DNA of 64,000 bases from Malacoraja senta (taxonomy: Eukaryota), in the NCBI GenBank assembly GCA_038087875.1, contig JAXLNO010000655.1:310001-374000 (forward strand), given 5' to 3'. The translations under genes and the position numbers were made by a program. Positions 50,005-63,290 of this stretch are shown here, in pieces. The notes below the pieces were generated by a model. The model did not search any database, was not told the origin of the DNA, and saw nothing but the letters and a program-made list of their open reading frames with translations. Each line of letters starts with the position of its first letter. Position 1 is the stretch's first letter.

Positions 50005-53000
50005 GATTTCACTTTTATGTCCTTGATATACGGACTCAGTGGATGTAACATCGTTGAGGCAGATATGATAGTGGAATTTAAGAGGCTTTCACATAGGCAC
50101 ATGGATGTGCAGGGAATGGAGGGATATGGATCACGTGCAGGCACAGGATGTTAGTTTATCTTATTGCGGGCCGAAGGACCTGTTCCTTTTCGTGCTCTAC
50201 AAGTGCATGGATACTCGCAGATAAAATCCTGTTCAAGACAGGATAAAAAAACTGCCGGATAGGAGAGTGGAGCAAAAGATCTCTCTTATCTTTCTATGGT
50301 TGGGTTTTTTTTGTGCTAATTCGAGCATCCTTCACTACAGTTTTCTGTTGAGAAGCGGCAGGGTTTTATACGAATGCACAGAACCACAGAGCAATTATTT
50401 CAAGCCCATGTGAGGATTTCACTTTGATGTCCTTGATATACGGACTCAGTGGATGTAACATCGTTGAGGAGGAGATTCGCTGGGGAGCTGGTTTAATTCA
50501 CGTATGGATTCCCTCCTTTGCTCCTCGCTAATTTATGGCACCAATTCTCTGGGCTGCGATGCTGGCTCTCCCCATAAACCAAGTTGTCCTTCCACCTGCA
50601 CAATTCTGCTGCGATCCGAGCTAAACCTTGTGCTCTCCTGTATCGTACACCTCTGCATGCATCACCAATTAATGGCCCTTCATCGTATAGTGAAAAGAAA
50701 ACTACCCCACTGTGCCGAGTGTGGGAGCCGAGTCCGTAGAAAAGGGCCAAAGAGTCATAGAGTGATAAACAGGCCCTTCGGCCCAACTTGCCCACACCGG
50801 CCAACATGTCCCAGCTACACTTGTCCCACCTGCCCGATAGAATAAAGGGGAGGCCATTTAAGACTGAGGTGAGAAAAAACATTTTCACCCAGAGAGTTGT
50901 GAATTTGTGGAATTCCTTGCCACAGAGGGCAGTGGAGGCCAAATCACTGGATGGATTTAAGAGAGAGTTAGATAGAGCTCTAGGGCCTAGTGGAATCAAG
51001 GGATATAGGGAGAAGGCAGGCACGGGTTATTGATTCGGGACGATCAGCCATGATCACAATGAATGGCGGTGCTGGCTCGAAGGGCCGAATGGCCTCCTCC
51101 TGTACCTATTTTCTATGTTTCTGTTTGGCCCATATCTTCACAACCATCTTCACTATCTGCAGAACCACTTACAAAACTACCCACAAACTTGCTAATCTTG
51201 CCTTGTATGTTCTCGTCCAAATGAGAGGGATGCAAACTTATTTCGCAGTTCACTTCACTCAAATAAAATGCGCTCTCTCCTTCCCCGCCACATTGGCCTC
51301 ATCACGTGCGATATTTATAAAATGAGTTGCGCTGTTTCCCCCCCCATTGTGATTAATGTCATCCTCACACTGTAAAACAGGTGCCTTGCCTCGAGCAAGA
51401 AAACTAAGCGCAACACAACAGGTAAGCAGCATCTCATAAAGCCATAGAGTCATAGAGTGATACAACATGGAAATAGGCCCTTCGGCCTAACTTGTCCACA
51501 CTGCCCAACATGTCCCAGATACACTGGTCCCACCCGCCCGCATTTGGCCCATTTCCCTCCAAACCTGTCCTATCCATCTATCTAATGGTTTCTTAAACGT
51601 TGGGATAGTCCCTGCTTCAACTACATCCTCTGGCAGCTCGTTCCATACACCCACCACCCTTTGTGTGAAAAAGCTACACCTCAGATTCCTATACATCTTT
51701 TCCCCTTCACCTTAAACCTATGTACTCTGGTTCTCGATTCCCCTACTCTTGGGCAAGAGACTACCCAATCTATTCCTCTCATGATTTTATACACCTCCAT
51801 AAGATCACCCCCTCATTCTCTTGCACTCCAAGGAATAGTCCCAGCCTACTCAACCTCTCCCTATAGCTCAGGCACTCTAGTCCTGGCAACATCCCAGTAA
51901 ATCCTCTCTGTACCCTCTCTGGACATAAATGGATGGTCAATGATTCGAGTCAAGACTGAGATTGTTTTTTGCTCCAGATTCCAGCACCTACTGCCTCTGT
52001 TTTGCCTCATGGATCAACTAGTTGACCCATTTGAGGAGAGAGTTAAGACTCAGCCATATGTGGGAAGGAAATGCAGATGTTGGTTTGCACCAAAGATAAA
52101 CACAAAATGCTGGAGTAACTCAGCGGGTCACTAACTCCACTGAGTTACTCCACCACTCTGTGCCTAGTTAGGAGTCAGCTAAGGTATTGATTGGTCTTTG
52201 TGAAAAGGAATTCCACAGGGCTTACATACCGCAGAAACTGGCCATTCTGCCCACCTGCCTCTGCTCCACTAGAGTCATGATCACAATGAATGGCGGTGCT
52301 GGCTCCAAGGGCCGAATGGCCTCCTCCTGCACTTATTTTCTATGTTTCTAGGAGTCATGGAGTCATAGGGCATGGAAACAGGCCCTTTGGCCCAACTTGC
52401 CATGCCGGCCAATGTGGGACTACACAAGTCCCACCTACCTGGGTTTGGCCCATAGCCCTCTAAACCCGTCCTATCTATTGATCACCCATTCGCATTCACA
52501 TTGTGTTATCCCATTTTTGGATCCACTCGCTGCACATTAGGGACGGTTTACGAATGCCAAATAAACCTAAAACCCCAACACGTCTTTGAGATGTGGGTGG
52601 AAACCTGGGCGCCCAGAAGAATCGCAGGGAGAGAGTGGAAACTCCACACAGACAGCATCCGATGTCAGGATCGAACCCGGTTCTCTGGCGCCGCAAGGTA
52701 GCAGCTCCACCAGCTGCATGGCTGTGCCGCCCTATTGTCCATCCCTAACTGGCCTGATGAGAAGGTCATTTGGAGTGAATCCCACTGGCAGATCAGTAGC
52801 CAAGCGAGGACAGCACATTTCCTTGTCTGGATGATTTCAGTGGAACAAATGGGCTTTTAATGACTATCCCGTAGTTTCAAGGTTGCTGCCGCTGACACAG
52901 CAATCATTCCAGATTTTTTTTTTAATTACTCGAATTTACATTCACTAGATGCCCTGGTGGGACTTGAACTCACGCCTCTGGATCAACGGCTCTGGCCCCT

Positions 53001-56000
53001 GATTACTGTTCCAGCAACTAAGCACCCAAATCTATCATGCCCAATGGCCAAGAGATTACCAGGAAAAGATACAGGCTGCAGCTCGCTACAATAAATATCA
53101 CGGATGGAATTAAAAAGGAATTGCCACTCTAAATATTTTATTGCTGTTGCAAAATGTGAGATTGTTGTGACAGGTAAAAAAAACAATGGGTTAGTAATGT
53201 TTTCTTCCTGAAGTCTGTAGAAGGGTCTCGACTCAAATGAGAATCAAGAACCAGAGGACACAGTTTTAAGGTGAAGGGGGAAAGATTTAATAGGAATCCG
53301 AGGGGTAACTTTTTCACACAAAGGGTGGTGGGTGTATGGAACGAGGGTTTCCTTCCGAACCGTAACGTTCCCCATCCTTTTTCTCCAGAGATGCTGCCTG
53401 ACCTGCTGGGTTGTTCCAGCACTTTGTGTCTATCTTCGGTAGAAAGCAGCATTTGCAGTTCCGACCTACACTCAGGGCTGCCAACATTGGGTGAGAGTTG
53501 GGAGTGAGAAATTGTGAGAGACCAAGCCTGAGGAAGCGGTGCGACCGAGGAGAGGGGGGAAGGTGTGGGAGGGGGGTGTCCCCCAACCCATTGGTACGGA
53601 GCTTTTGCATTTTTTAGCTTGAAATTGTGCATACTGGTGCATACCGTAGCGAGTCTTTTAGCTTACACTTGAATGTAATATTTATGCTTTAAATTGGATT
53701 AGCTATGAATAAGGTTAGGCTAAATTACATTCCTAATTACATTCCACAGTAGAGCAACGCTCTGATCAACAGGTGCAGCACATGAATGATCTTAGTATAT
53801 TCATGTATGGAAATCAGATTATAATCAGATTATAATCAAACACTTGGCCCATGTTGAACAACCTGGGTCTCACTGCACACCTGGTACTACTCCTGACCCT
53901 GACTCCTTCTGGACCCTGAGTCCAGCCTTACACCTGGCCCCCGATTCTACCCTGATCATAGCTGCTTACCTGCTTAGGTTCCCAGTGCTGAACACTCCCC
54001 TGGTCCCAGCTTTGACTGCACACCTAGTACTATTCCAGACCTTGACTTTGGATGCACACTTGGCCTTGCTGCTAGCCCCTCTGCACTGACAATATATCTG
54101 GCCCACACATAAAGCCCCATATCTGACCCCCTGGACTTAAACTATTACGTCAAATCCACAGTTGCTTATCTAATGCAGTAATCTTTTATGGGGCACTTCA
54201 CGGACCAAATTTGGGATAACAAAATTTGCTACATCCATTGGCTTCCTTGTTATCTAACATGCTAATTACTTTGTCAAAGAAGTCATCAATTGGTTGAACA
54301 CAATTTCTTATCCATAAAATTATACTCATTCAGCTGTATAAGTATTTTGTTACCATTTCCTTCATTTTCCTAACAAACTGTCCTGAAGTAATTTTTACCC
54401 ACAATATTTTCAGTATTTTACTGTGTTCCGCTCAGCTGGGACTTTTCCGAAATGCAAAGTCCAATAACTATATATTTAAGCAATATTATTCTATTAAATG
54501 TGATCTTGAGAGTACATAATATTTTCTGTGGTATTCATAACACAACAATGATAAAAAGATCTTTGTTTTGATTGTACCTACCAACATGCATACATTATTA
54601 TATTACAGTTAATGTGTACCGAGGGCAAATTTTTGTTCCAATGCTCCCCATTCCCAATTACTTTTACATTGAAGTGATTGAAATCCAAGTGAAGTTTAAA
54701 TGGCATCAGAAAAATAAAACCTCCGGAATGGATGATATTTATTACATGGTTGGTTGGAGTCAGTATCAGCACAATTACTATATTAAACTTTGAATCTTCA
54801 GTTGTCCTGGTTCAAGCTAAAACTAAAGACAAATAATAACCTCCTCACACATTCCCCTGCAAGTATCTCACTCACTCCTTTAAATTATGCCCCTTCTTTG
54901 AACAAGCTCTTAAACATCGCATCCGAATCAGTTTCCATCTGATTACACTCCTTGAGGATGTTCATCTACGTGTTCAATTAATAAAACAATGAGATTAGGG
55001 ACATTTCTATTCAACCTGTCAAAGGAATTTAAGGGGGGGGGGTGTTAGAAATAGTCAGTGAGGTAAACAAACATAATAGTTGAGTGGCAAATGACAATAG
55101 TGCTACCTTCCCAATCTTTAACTGAAAGAAATAATGGGTTATCGGGGCTGTATGTTGTGACAGACAGCCTGACACCTTGCATGTCATTTTAATATTACAC
55201 TTATCCCATCCCCCTGGATATTCCGGATTAATAAATTAAGGTTTTGTCAACTAATTACAAATCAGGCTAATTACAAATCAATAACGTTAGCCAACTCCGA
55301 AACACGAAGCGCTGAGCATTGGGATCCAGACACCACTGACAACTGGCCTCAGTTCCCCGCTCACATCTGGCAGTGCTCTCCGTCTGAATCAGGGGCCACG
55401 GAGCGTTTTTTAAAGTGGGGGGGCTGAGCGATCACTGATCACTGGACTTGGGGGTACCCGGCGAGGGAGTGGAGCAACTGAGTGGGGGGAGGGTGTGGGA
55501 GGGGGGTGTCCCGTTTTTGAAATTTGATGTATTAAAATTATGTTTTAGTGCATTGTAGAAGTATAATTTGCTTGAAGTATTTTTAAGAGGTAACTTTTTA
55601 AGGGGTAACTTTTTCCACACAAAGGGTGGTGGGTGTATGGAACAAGCTGCCAGAGGAGGTAGTTGAGCCAGGGACTATCCCAACATTTAAGAAACAGTTA
55701 GACTGATACATGGATAGGACAGGTTTGGAGGGATATGGACCAAAAACAGGTAGTGTAGCTTGGACAAGTTGGTGGGTTTGGGCAAGTTGGGCCGAAGGGC
55801 CTGTTTTCACACTGTATCACTCTATGACTACATTATACCTCCACCATGCATGATTGCTTCAAAATCAAGTGCTCGAGTTTTTTTGCCATATACTCAAGCG
55901 AAGAAACATAGAAAATAGGTGCAGGAATGGGCCGCACTGCCATTCAATATGATCATGGCTGTTCATCTAAAATCAGTACCTTTCCTGTTTTTTCCCCATA

Positions 56001-56900
56001 TCCCTTGATTTCACTAGCCCAAGAGCTAAATGTAACTCTCTCTTGAAAACATCCAGTGAATTGGCCTCCACTGCCTTCTGTGGCAGAGAATTCCACAGAT
56101 TCACAACTCTCTGCGTGAAGAAAGTTTGTCCTCATCTCAGTCCTAACTGGCCTACCCTTTATTCTTAAACTGTGACCCCTGGTTCTGAACTCCCCTGCAG
56201 TTACAGTAAGTGAAAATCTAGCACGCAAGCAGGATGCTTTCTCCAACCACCCCTATTTGAAGGCCATTATCTTCCACCGTTTCTACCCAGTGCTTGGTAC
56301 CTACTTCCAGCAGCCATTGGTTGTCTTCCAGGATGCACCAAGCCGCAGCTTGATCCATGCCTGTCACCAGGGCAAATTCGGCTCAGAGACTCTCACGGCA
56401 GTGGCGCAACGATTCAGATGCCTCAGACGGCCCGGGACTCTTGCACTGAGGCTGCTTCATGGCCGGAGCTGCAGCGAGCGACTCGCCTGCCCGGCGAACA
56501 CTAGCCAGCCCGGCAAACACTCGCCAGCCCTGGCTCCCCTTCTGCTTCTGTCCCCGCTGCTGCTTCTGCTTCCATCCCTCCCTCAGCCCCGGCTCTCCAA
56601 CACCCGCGCCCCATGCAGTTGACATGAGTTTCGAAATTCTCGTTGATCACCGAATTTCTCATGACAGAATGTGAGAAATTTGTGATCTGCGTGAGAGCGT
56701 GAGAATTTGGTGAAATGCGTGAGAGTTGACAGCCCTGGTGTTACACTGTACGTTTTTCTGTTCTATGTTCTAAGTTTGTCCAACCTCTCCTTAGAGCTGA
56801 TGCTTTCTCATCCAGGCAACATCCTGGTAAACCTTTTCTGCACCCTTCCAAACCCTGCACATCAATCCTTCAATGTGGCGACCAGAATTGAACCAGAAAT

Positions 56901-57228
56901 GGGCGGCGCAGCGGTAGAGCAGCTGCCTTACAGCGCCAGAGACCCGGGTACAATCCTGACTACAGGTGCATGTCTGTACACAGTTTGTACGTTCTCCCCG
57001 TGACCTGCGTGGGTTTTCTCCGAGATCTTCGGTTTTCTCCCACACTCCAAAGACGTACAGGTTTGTACTTTAATTGGATACAAACCTAAATGTAAAATTG
57101 TCCCGAGTGTGTGTAGGGTAGTGTTAATGTGCAGGGATCGCTGGTCGGTGTGGACTCGGTGTGCCAGAGGGCCTGTTTCCGCGCTGTCTCTCTAAACTAA
57201 CCTAAACTAAATTAAATTAAACTAAACT
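56901..57228 (+). mobile_element. HE1-type V-SINE
   Basis: Same architecture as 32771-33085. Confidence 0.88.
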
Positions 57229-58996
57229 GATGTATGATCACTGTATTTGTGGTACAAGGTGACATATATCAGATTAAAAAGCAGAGTGTGCGCTGATTGA
57301 TATGCATATGCATCAACCCCCACCAGGTTCTTTCCTTTTCGTTTGACAAATTCGACCAAGAAGCAAAAAACAAAGATAAATCTGACTGGTCTTAATTTGC
57401 CCTTCGGACTGACAAGTGAAGGAGCTGAGCGGATTGTGGGCCAGCAGTGTTTCCCCGTCTCTTGCTAACTAAGAGTTGGTTGTCTGAAAGGAACAGCCAG
57501 ACCTGACAGGGGTACGACCGTGTCCGTGGCAACGCCCTGGATTCCGACATGCATTCCCTTTCAATCTGGCCACCATTGTGGCCTGAACTAACGCGCACAG
57601 TTTACCCGCTCACGACCGCTACCCAGAATACGGATGTTGTCTATTCTGGGGACGAACTGTCGCTGATGACTTTCCCACCATGTAGCAGTGGAATCTGTAA
57701 GACCCATTCACCAGCAACAGGCCCCCATACAAACAGGGGACAAAGGAGACCCTCGGACCCCGAAGAATGGGCAGTGGATCAAATTCCCCACACAAAGCGC
57801 AGAGAACAAATCCTCAAGGGTTCGGGCGCTCCGGGAATACAAATAAACTCAGCATGCAAATCTTCCTCGAAGTATGCCTTGGTCAAAGGGAATTCTACCC
57901 ATCGTCAAGGAAGCTTGTTTTGCACATTTGTAAATGTTCCCCACAGCACAGCCTGGAGAAAAGGTATGGTGCGTGCATTTGGCAGCACATCGCCAAGGTT
58001 CCAGACAAGCATATAATTTATTACAGTATGCTTCTGGATGTATTAAATAATTGAGGGTAATGTTTTCAAAAGGGCCAAGTGAGGTTGAAACAGATGATAA
58101 AACGGGGGAAGGACTGTGCGGTGTCCCAAAGCAATTAACAGCTCTTGAAATAGCATTGCTTGTTGCTGCACCATAGAACAAACAAGGACTGTTATTTGCA
58201 CTGAACAAGCTCTCACAATGCAAACATCTGTTATTTTTTTTTAAATTTATTTGCCTCTGGCTGTTTCAAATCGCAGTTTGAGAATCAACCTCATTACAGT
58301 GGGACTGGAGTCAGGTGTAGATGAAGGACAAGAGATTTCCTCTGAAAAGCAGTGGACAGGGTGACAGCTTCATCGAACCAGTGCCACCACGACACTGGGC
58401 CTTAAAGTGAGATTTTTTTTTAAATTGTATGTCATCTTGGGCCAGTTTACTTTACTTTAGTTTAGGGATACAACGCGGTAACAGGCCCTTCGGCCCACCG
58501 AGTCCGCACCGACCCAGCGATCCCCGCACATTAACACTACCCTACACACACGATGGACAATTTACACTTGTACCAAGCCAATTAACCTACAAAACTGCAC
58601 GTCTCTGGGGGAAAAGCGAAGATCGCGGAGTTTAGAGTTTAAAGATACAGCATGGAAACGGCCCCTTCAGCCCTCCGCCATCTGACATGACCATCACTTA
58701 CCCTTTCACACGAGTTCTACGTTATCCCACTTTTTCATCCATTTGCGATACACCAGGATCAATTTTACAGAAAAGCCAATTAACCTACAAATCTGCACGT
58801 CTTTGGAGCGTGGGAGGAAACCGGAGCATCCGAAGGAAACCCACGTAGGTCACGAGGAGAACGTACAAACTCCATAGTCGGGATCGAACTCGGGTCGCTG
58901 CCGCTGTAAGGCTGCAACTCTAGCGGTGTGCCACCGTGCCACCCACTATTCTAATTACCAAATATCAAATGACTGTTACAATCCTGATTCAGGATA

Positions 58997-59136
58997 CAGT
59001 TAACCCCTCGCGGTGCCCAGCTGTCCTTAAGAATCTCAGTGAATAGAGACACAGAGCCGTTGATTCCGACTTACGTAAAATATGACTTACGCAAGGGTTC
59101 ATTGAATGTAACCCATACAAAATCGGGGGATGCCTG
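58997..59136. mobile_element. degenerate Tc1/mariner (Tigger-like) MITE
   Basis: TA|CAG..CCCC.CG ... CGGGGGATGCCTG|TA ends; internal GACTTACG repeats. Confidence 0.4.
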
Positions 59137-59185
59137 TAAGTAGAATACAATTTAAAATATATATTTCGCTCCGGGAATACAAATA

Positions 59186-59248
59186 CCCCCCCCGTCCCCG
59201 TCCCCGTCCCCGTCCCCGTCCCCGTCCCCGTCCCCGTCCCCGTCCCCC
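59186..59248. repeat. (CCCCGT)9 hexanucleotide repeat
   Basis: Nine perfect units at 59190-59243. Confidence 0.97.
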
Positions 59249-60714
59249 TAAAAAAAAGACTTACACAACTTGGCTTAATATGAAACATTTCTCTAATCAA
59301 GTTACAGAGCAGCAGCTGAGATGTTTAATTAGTCAAATTAAACAATTATCGGAATCAGCAGGAGGGATTTTGTGCAAAGCTCCTGTCGCCTGCCTGTGTA
59401 TGCCATTGAAACTTGTTCAGGAAATAGTGGCTGTAAACAGAAGCTGAACAAACCACAGCCCCAGTTGGCTTGGTAATGATTCTTTTTTTAATGTATTACA
59501 TTTGGTTTAGTTTAGAGATATAGTGTTGGAACAGGCCCCTTGGCCCACCGACCAGCGACCCCCCCCCCCCCCCCCCCCCGTACATTAACACTACCCTTAA
59601 CACACCAAGGACAATTTTACATTTATACCAGGCCAATTAACCCACAAACCTGTACGTCTTTAGGAGTGTGGGAGGAAACCCAAGATCTTGGTGAAAGCAC
59701 GTGCAGTTTACAGGGAGAACGTACGAACCCCGTACAGACAGCACCCGTAGTCAGGATCAAACCCGGGTCTCTTGCGTTGTAAGTAGCTCTACTGCTATGT
59801 CATCGTGTCCGCCCCAATATGCCATTATATAAACCAAATGGAGAAATGTTGTTACTTGTTGTAGGGAAAGACAAGTGAGGACCGATTCGGCCCTCCAAGT
59901 CTACTCTGCCATGCAATCATGGCTGATCTTTCTTTCCCTCTCAACCCCATTTTCCTCAACCCCATTTCTCCCCATAGCCCCCGACACCCATACTAATGAA
60001 AAATTATAGCATACACCAATCATTGTAACAATAAATTGGATCCAGCGTTAATTAAGATAGACGTGGATAATCATCTTATTCTGTTTGTTAACTAATTAAG
60101 TCTTTCTGTGCTCCAATCTGTAATCAAGATCTCGTTTTACTGTTAGTCAAGTTTTCATGTAATCCAAAGATAGACACAAAATTACAGGAGTAACCCAGCA
60201 GGTCAGGCAACATCTCTGGAGAAAAGGAATAGGTGACATTGCAGGTCATGACCCTTCCTCAGACTGGGTCAGGCTTCATCTCTGGAGAAAAAGGATGGGT
60301 GACGTTTCGGTTCAGAATCTTTCTTCAAACTGAAAGTAGAGTGGGGGAGGGGAGGAACTGAAGATAGGAAAAGAAGGGTTGCGACCCAAAATGTCACCCA
60401 TCCTTTATCTCCAGAGATGTTGCCTGACATGTTGAGTTCCTCCAACACTTTGTGTCTATCTTCGGCATGAACCAGCATCTGCAGTTCCTTCCCACAGATT
60501 CGCAACTCTCTGGGTGAAAAAGGTTTCCTCATCTTCTCAGTCCTTGATGTGTGTCATTGAGATATGTAGGGCAGGTTTTCTTACACAGAGGGTGGTAGAT
60601 TCCTGGCAAGCATTGCCAGGGGTGATGGTGGACACAGATACTGTTGTGGTATTTAAGAGGCTTTCAGACTGACACATGAAAGGTGGCAACACAAGTAGAT
60701 AGGGTGATAAAGAG

Positions 60715-61110
60715 CTCACCCATTCCAATACTGACCTTTCTGTCCTGGGCCACTTCCACTTTCAGAGTGAGGCCACATGCAAATTGAAGGAACAGCACCT
60801 CATATTTCGCTCGGGCAGCTTACAGCCCAACGGTATGAATATTGTTTTCTCTAATTTCCAGTAGCCCTTGCATTCCCTCTCTCTGTGTCCCTCCCCCACC
60901 CTAGTCGTCCTACTAGTATCACTGTTCGCATCCATATGTCACCTTCGTTATCACCTCTTCCACAGCCAACAATGGACCATTGTGGGCTCCACCTTTCCTT
61001 GGTCATCTGATTTGTTCTGAACCTTTTCATACCTGTAGTTTCCCTCTCCTCTGTCTCTCAGTCTGAAGCAGGGTCTTGACCTGAAACATCACCTATTTCT
61101 TTTCTCCAGA
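60715..61110 (+). mobile_element. Penelope-like 3' end
   Basis: Plus-strand homologue of 38280-38636 (GAACAGCACCTCATATTTCGC..), ending in a degenerate pLTR. Confidence 0.8.
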
Positions 61111-61579
61111 GGTGCTCCGGTTTCCTCCCACACTCCAAGGAAGTACAGGTTTGTAGGTTAATTGGCTTTGGAAAAACTGTAAATTGTCCCTAGTGTGTTG
61201 GATAGTGCTAGTATACGGCATGATCGCTGGTCGGCGTGGACCCGGTGGGCTGAAGGGCCTGTTTCCACACTGTATCTCTAAAGTCTAAAGTCTGGAACAT
61301 CGATAATCCATGTACTCCAAAGATGCTGCCTGACCCACTGAGTTACTCCCGGACTTTGCGTCTTTTTTACGTAAACCAGTATCTGCAGTTCCTTGCGTCT
61401 ACATCCCAGGCAACACACTGGTGAATCTGTGCCTTAAATCTAATTTGTTGGGAAAACGTTGTCAATGATTCATAATTTAACTCCATCCCCACATGTGACC
61501 CAAGAAATTCTAACTCCGCGCCATCTTATCCTTTGATGTTCGACGAATGGATAGCAAAGAGGGCATTAAAGGATAAGAT

Positions 61580-61907
61580 GGGCAGTCACGGTGGCGCAAC
61601 AGTAGAGCTGCTGCCTTACAGCAAATGCAGCGCCGGAGACTCTGGTTCGATCCCGACTACGGGTGCTGTCTGTACGGAGTTTGTACGGTCTCCCCGTGAC
61701 CTGCGTGGGTTTTCTCTGAGATCTTCGGTTTCCTCCCACACTCCAAAGACGTACAGTTTTGTAGGTTAATTGGCTTGGTAAATGTAAAAAATGTCCCTCG
61801 TGTGCGGAGATAGTGTCAGTTAGTGTGCGGGGATCGCTGGTCGGCGTGGACCCAGTGGGCCGAAGGGCCTGTTTCCGCGCTGTATCTCTAAACTAAAGTA
61901 AACTAAA
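61580..61907 (+). mobile_element. HE1-type V-SINE
   Basis: Same architecture. Other plus-strand copies at about 11381-11790, 17720-18012, 31053-31352, 41414-41692 and 41780-42070. Confidence 0.88.
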
Positions 61908-63164
61908 AAGAGGCGATCTGAATTAATCCAGTGCCTTAGCAAGTCTCAGAAATGACCTAAAGATCTTCGCATACAATGAATTGCTTTCAAGTGTTATCTA
62001 ATCAAACTGAGCAACCATTTTTCCCAAAGCAATATCCCACAAACAGCAATTAGATGGATATTGACCAGTTCATCTCCTTCAGGTTGTATGGGCTGAGGGA
62101 TATTAGAGCAGTGGTGTCCCAGATGATTTACAATTTGATTCCTGTGAAGTATCAACCACTCACCACTGCCCATCAATGCAGAATACATGTTTGTAATGGG
62201 TGTTTTTATTACTGATATATCCACTGTTTGCCGTTTTACCTGTTGGTTTGCAATTGAACCGTGAATTCCATGACGCCTCCCTCCTCAGTATGATCCACAG
62301 TTTATAAAATACTTTTGAGGAGCAGTCAATGTGTATTGTGTGGATCAGTACGCAGCAATCTCCAACGTTCTTGTGCTGGAAACAGGAACAGTACAGCACA
62401 AGAACGGGACTTCAGCCTTATATATCTCTGCCGTACATGATGCCAAGTTAAACCAATCCCTTCTGCCTGCATATAATCCATATTTAGTTTAGTTTGGGAA
62501 GGAACTGCAGATGCTGGTTTAAACCGAAGATCGACACAAATTGCTGAAGTGACGCAGCGGGACAGGCAGCATCTCTGGAGAGAAAGAATGGGTGACGTTT
62601 CGGGTCGAGACCCGTCTGAAGAAGGGTCTTGACCCGAAACGTCACCCATTCCTTCTCTCCAGAGATGCTGCCTGTCCCGCTGAGGTACCCCAGCATTTTG
62701 TGTCTATCTTTAGTTTAGTTTAGTTTAGCTTAGAGATACCACGCGGAAACAGGCCCTTCGGCCCACTGAGCACAACAACCAGTGACCCCCGCGCATTAAT
62801 ACTATCCTGCACACACTAGGGACAATTTTTACATTTGTACCAAGCCATTTAACCTATAAATCCTGTACGTCCTTGGAGTGTGGGAGATCTCGGAGAAAAC
62901 CCGCGCGGTCAAGGGCACAAACTTACAAACTCCTTACAGACAGCACCCGTGGTCGGGGTCAAACCAGGGTCTCCGGAGCAGTAAGCGCTGTAAGGCTGCA
63001 ACTCTACCGCTGCACCAGCTCTCGAATTATGCATATCCATGTGCCTATCCAAAAGCCTCTTAAATACCAGTATCATACCTGCCTCCACCACCTCCCCCTT
63101 CCATGCACCAATCCACACACTGTGTAAAGAATTTGCCCCTGCACACCTCCTTTGGTTTTGATCA

Positions 63165-63290
63165 ATACATTGGCCTGGGCACCAGGAAGAACTCTCTTGG
63201 TCTGTTTTGACATGTCCACTAGGGATCTCTGTTCACCATCTGAGATTAAGGGGTCTTGGTTTAAGGTCACATCATGGAAGCCGTACATTC
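63165..63290 (-). mobile_element. degenerate Deu-domain-like ancient SINE fragment
   Basis: Resembles the recalled DeuSINE core (TTAAACC-AG-CCCC..AGATCCC..GAGTTCT..GGTG-CC-GGCCAAT). Other old SINE remnants at about 25020-25345, 35900-36090, 52780-53030 and 58260-58400. Confidence 0.4.

Noticed and set aside
53844..54089. 81-aa ORF over a degenerate CACACCTGG repeat
   Set aside because: No recognisable homology or splice signals; low-complexity repeat.
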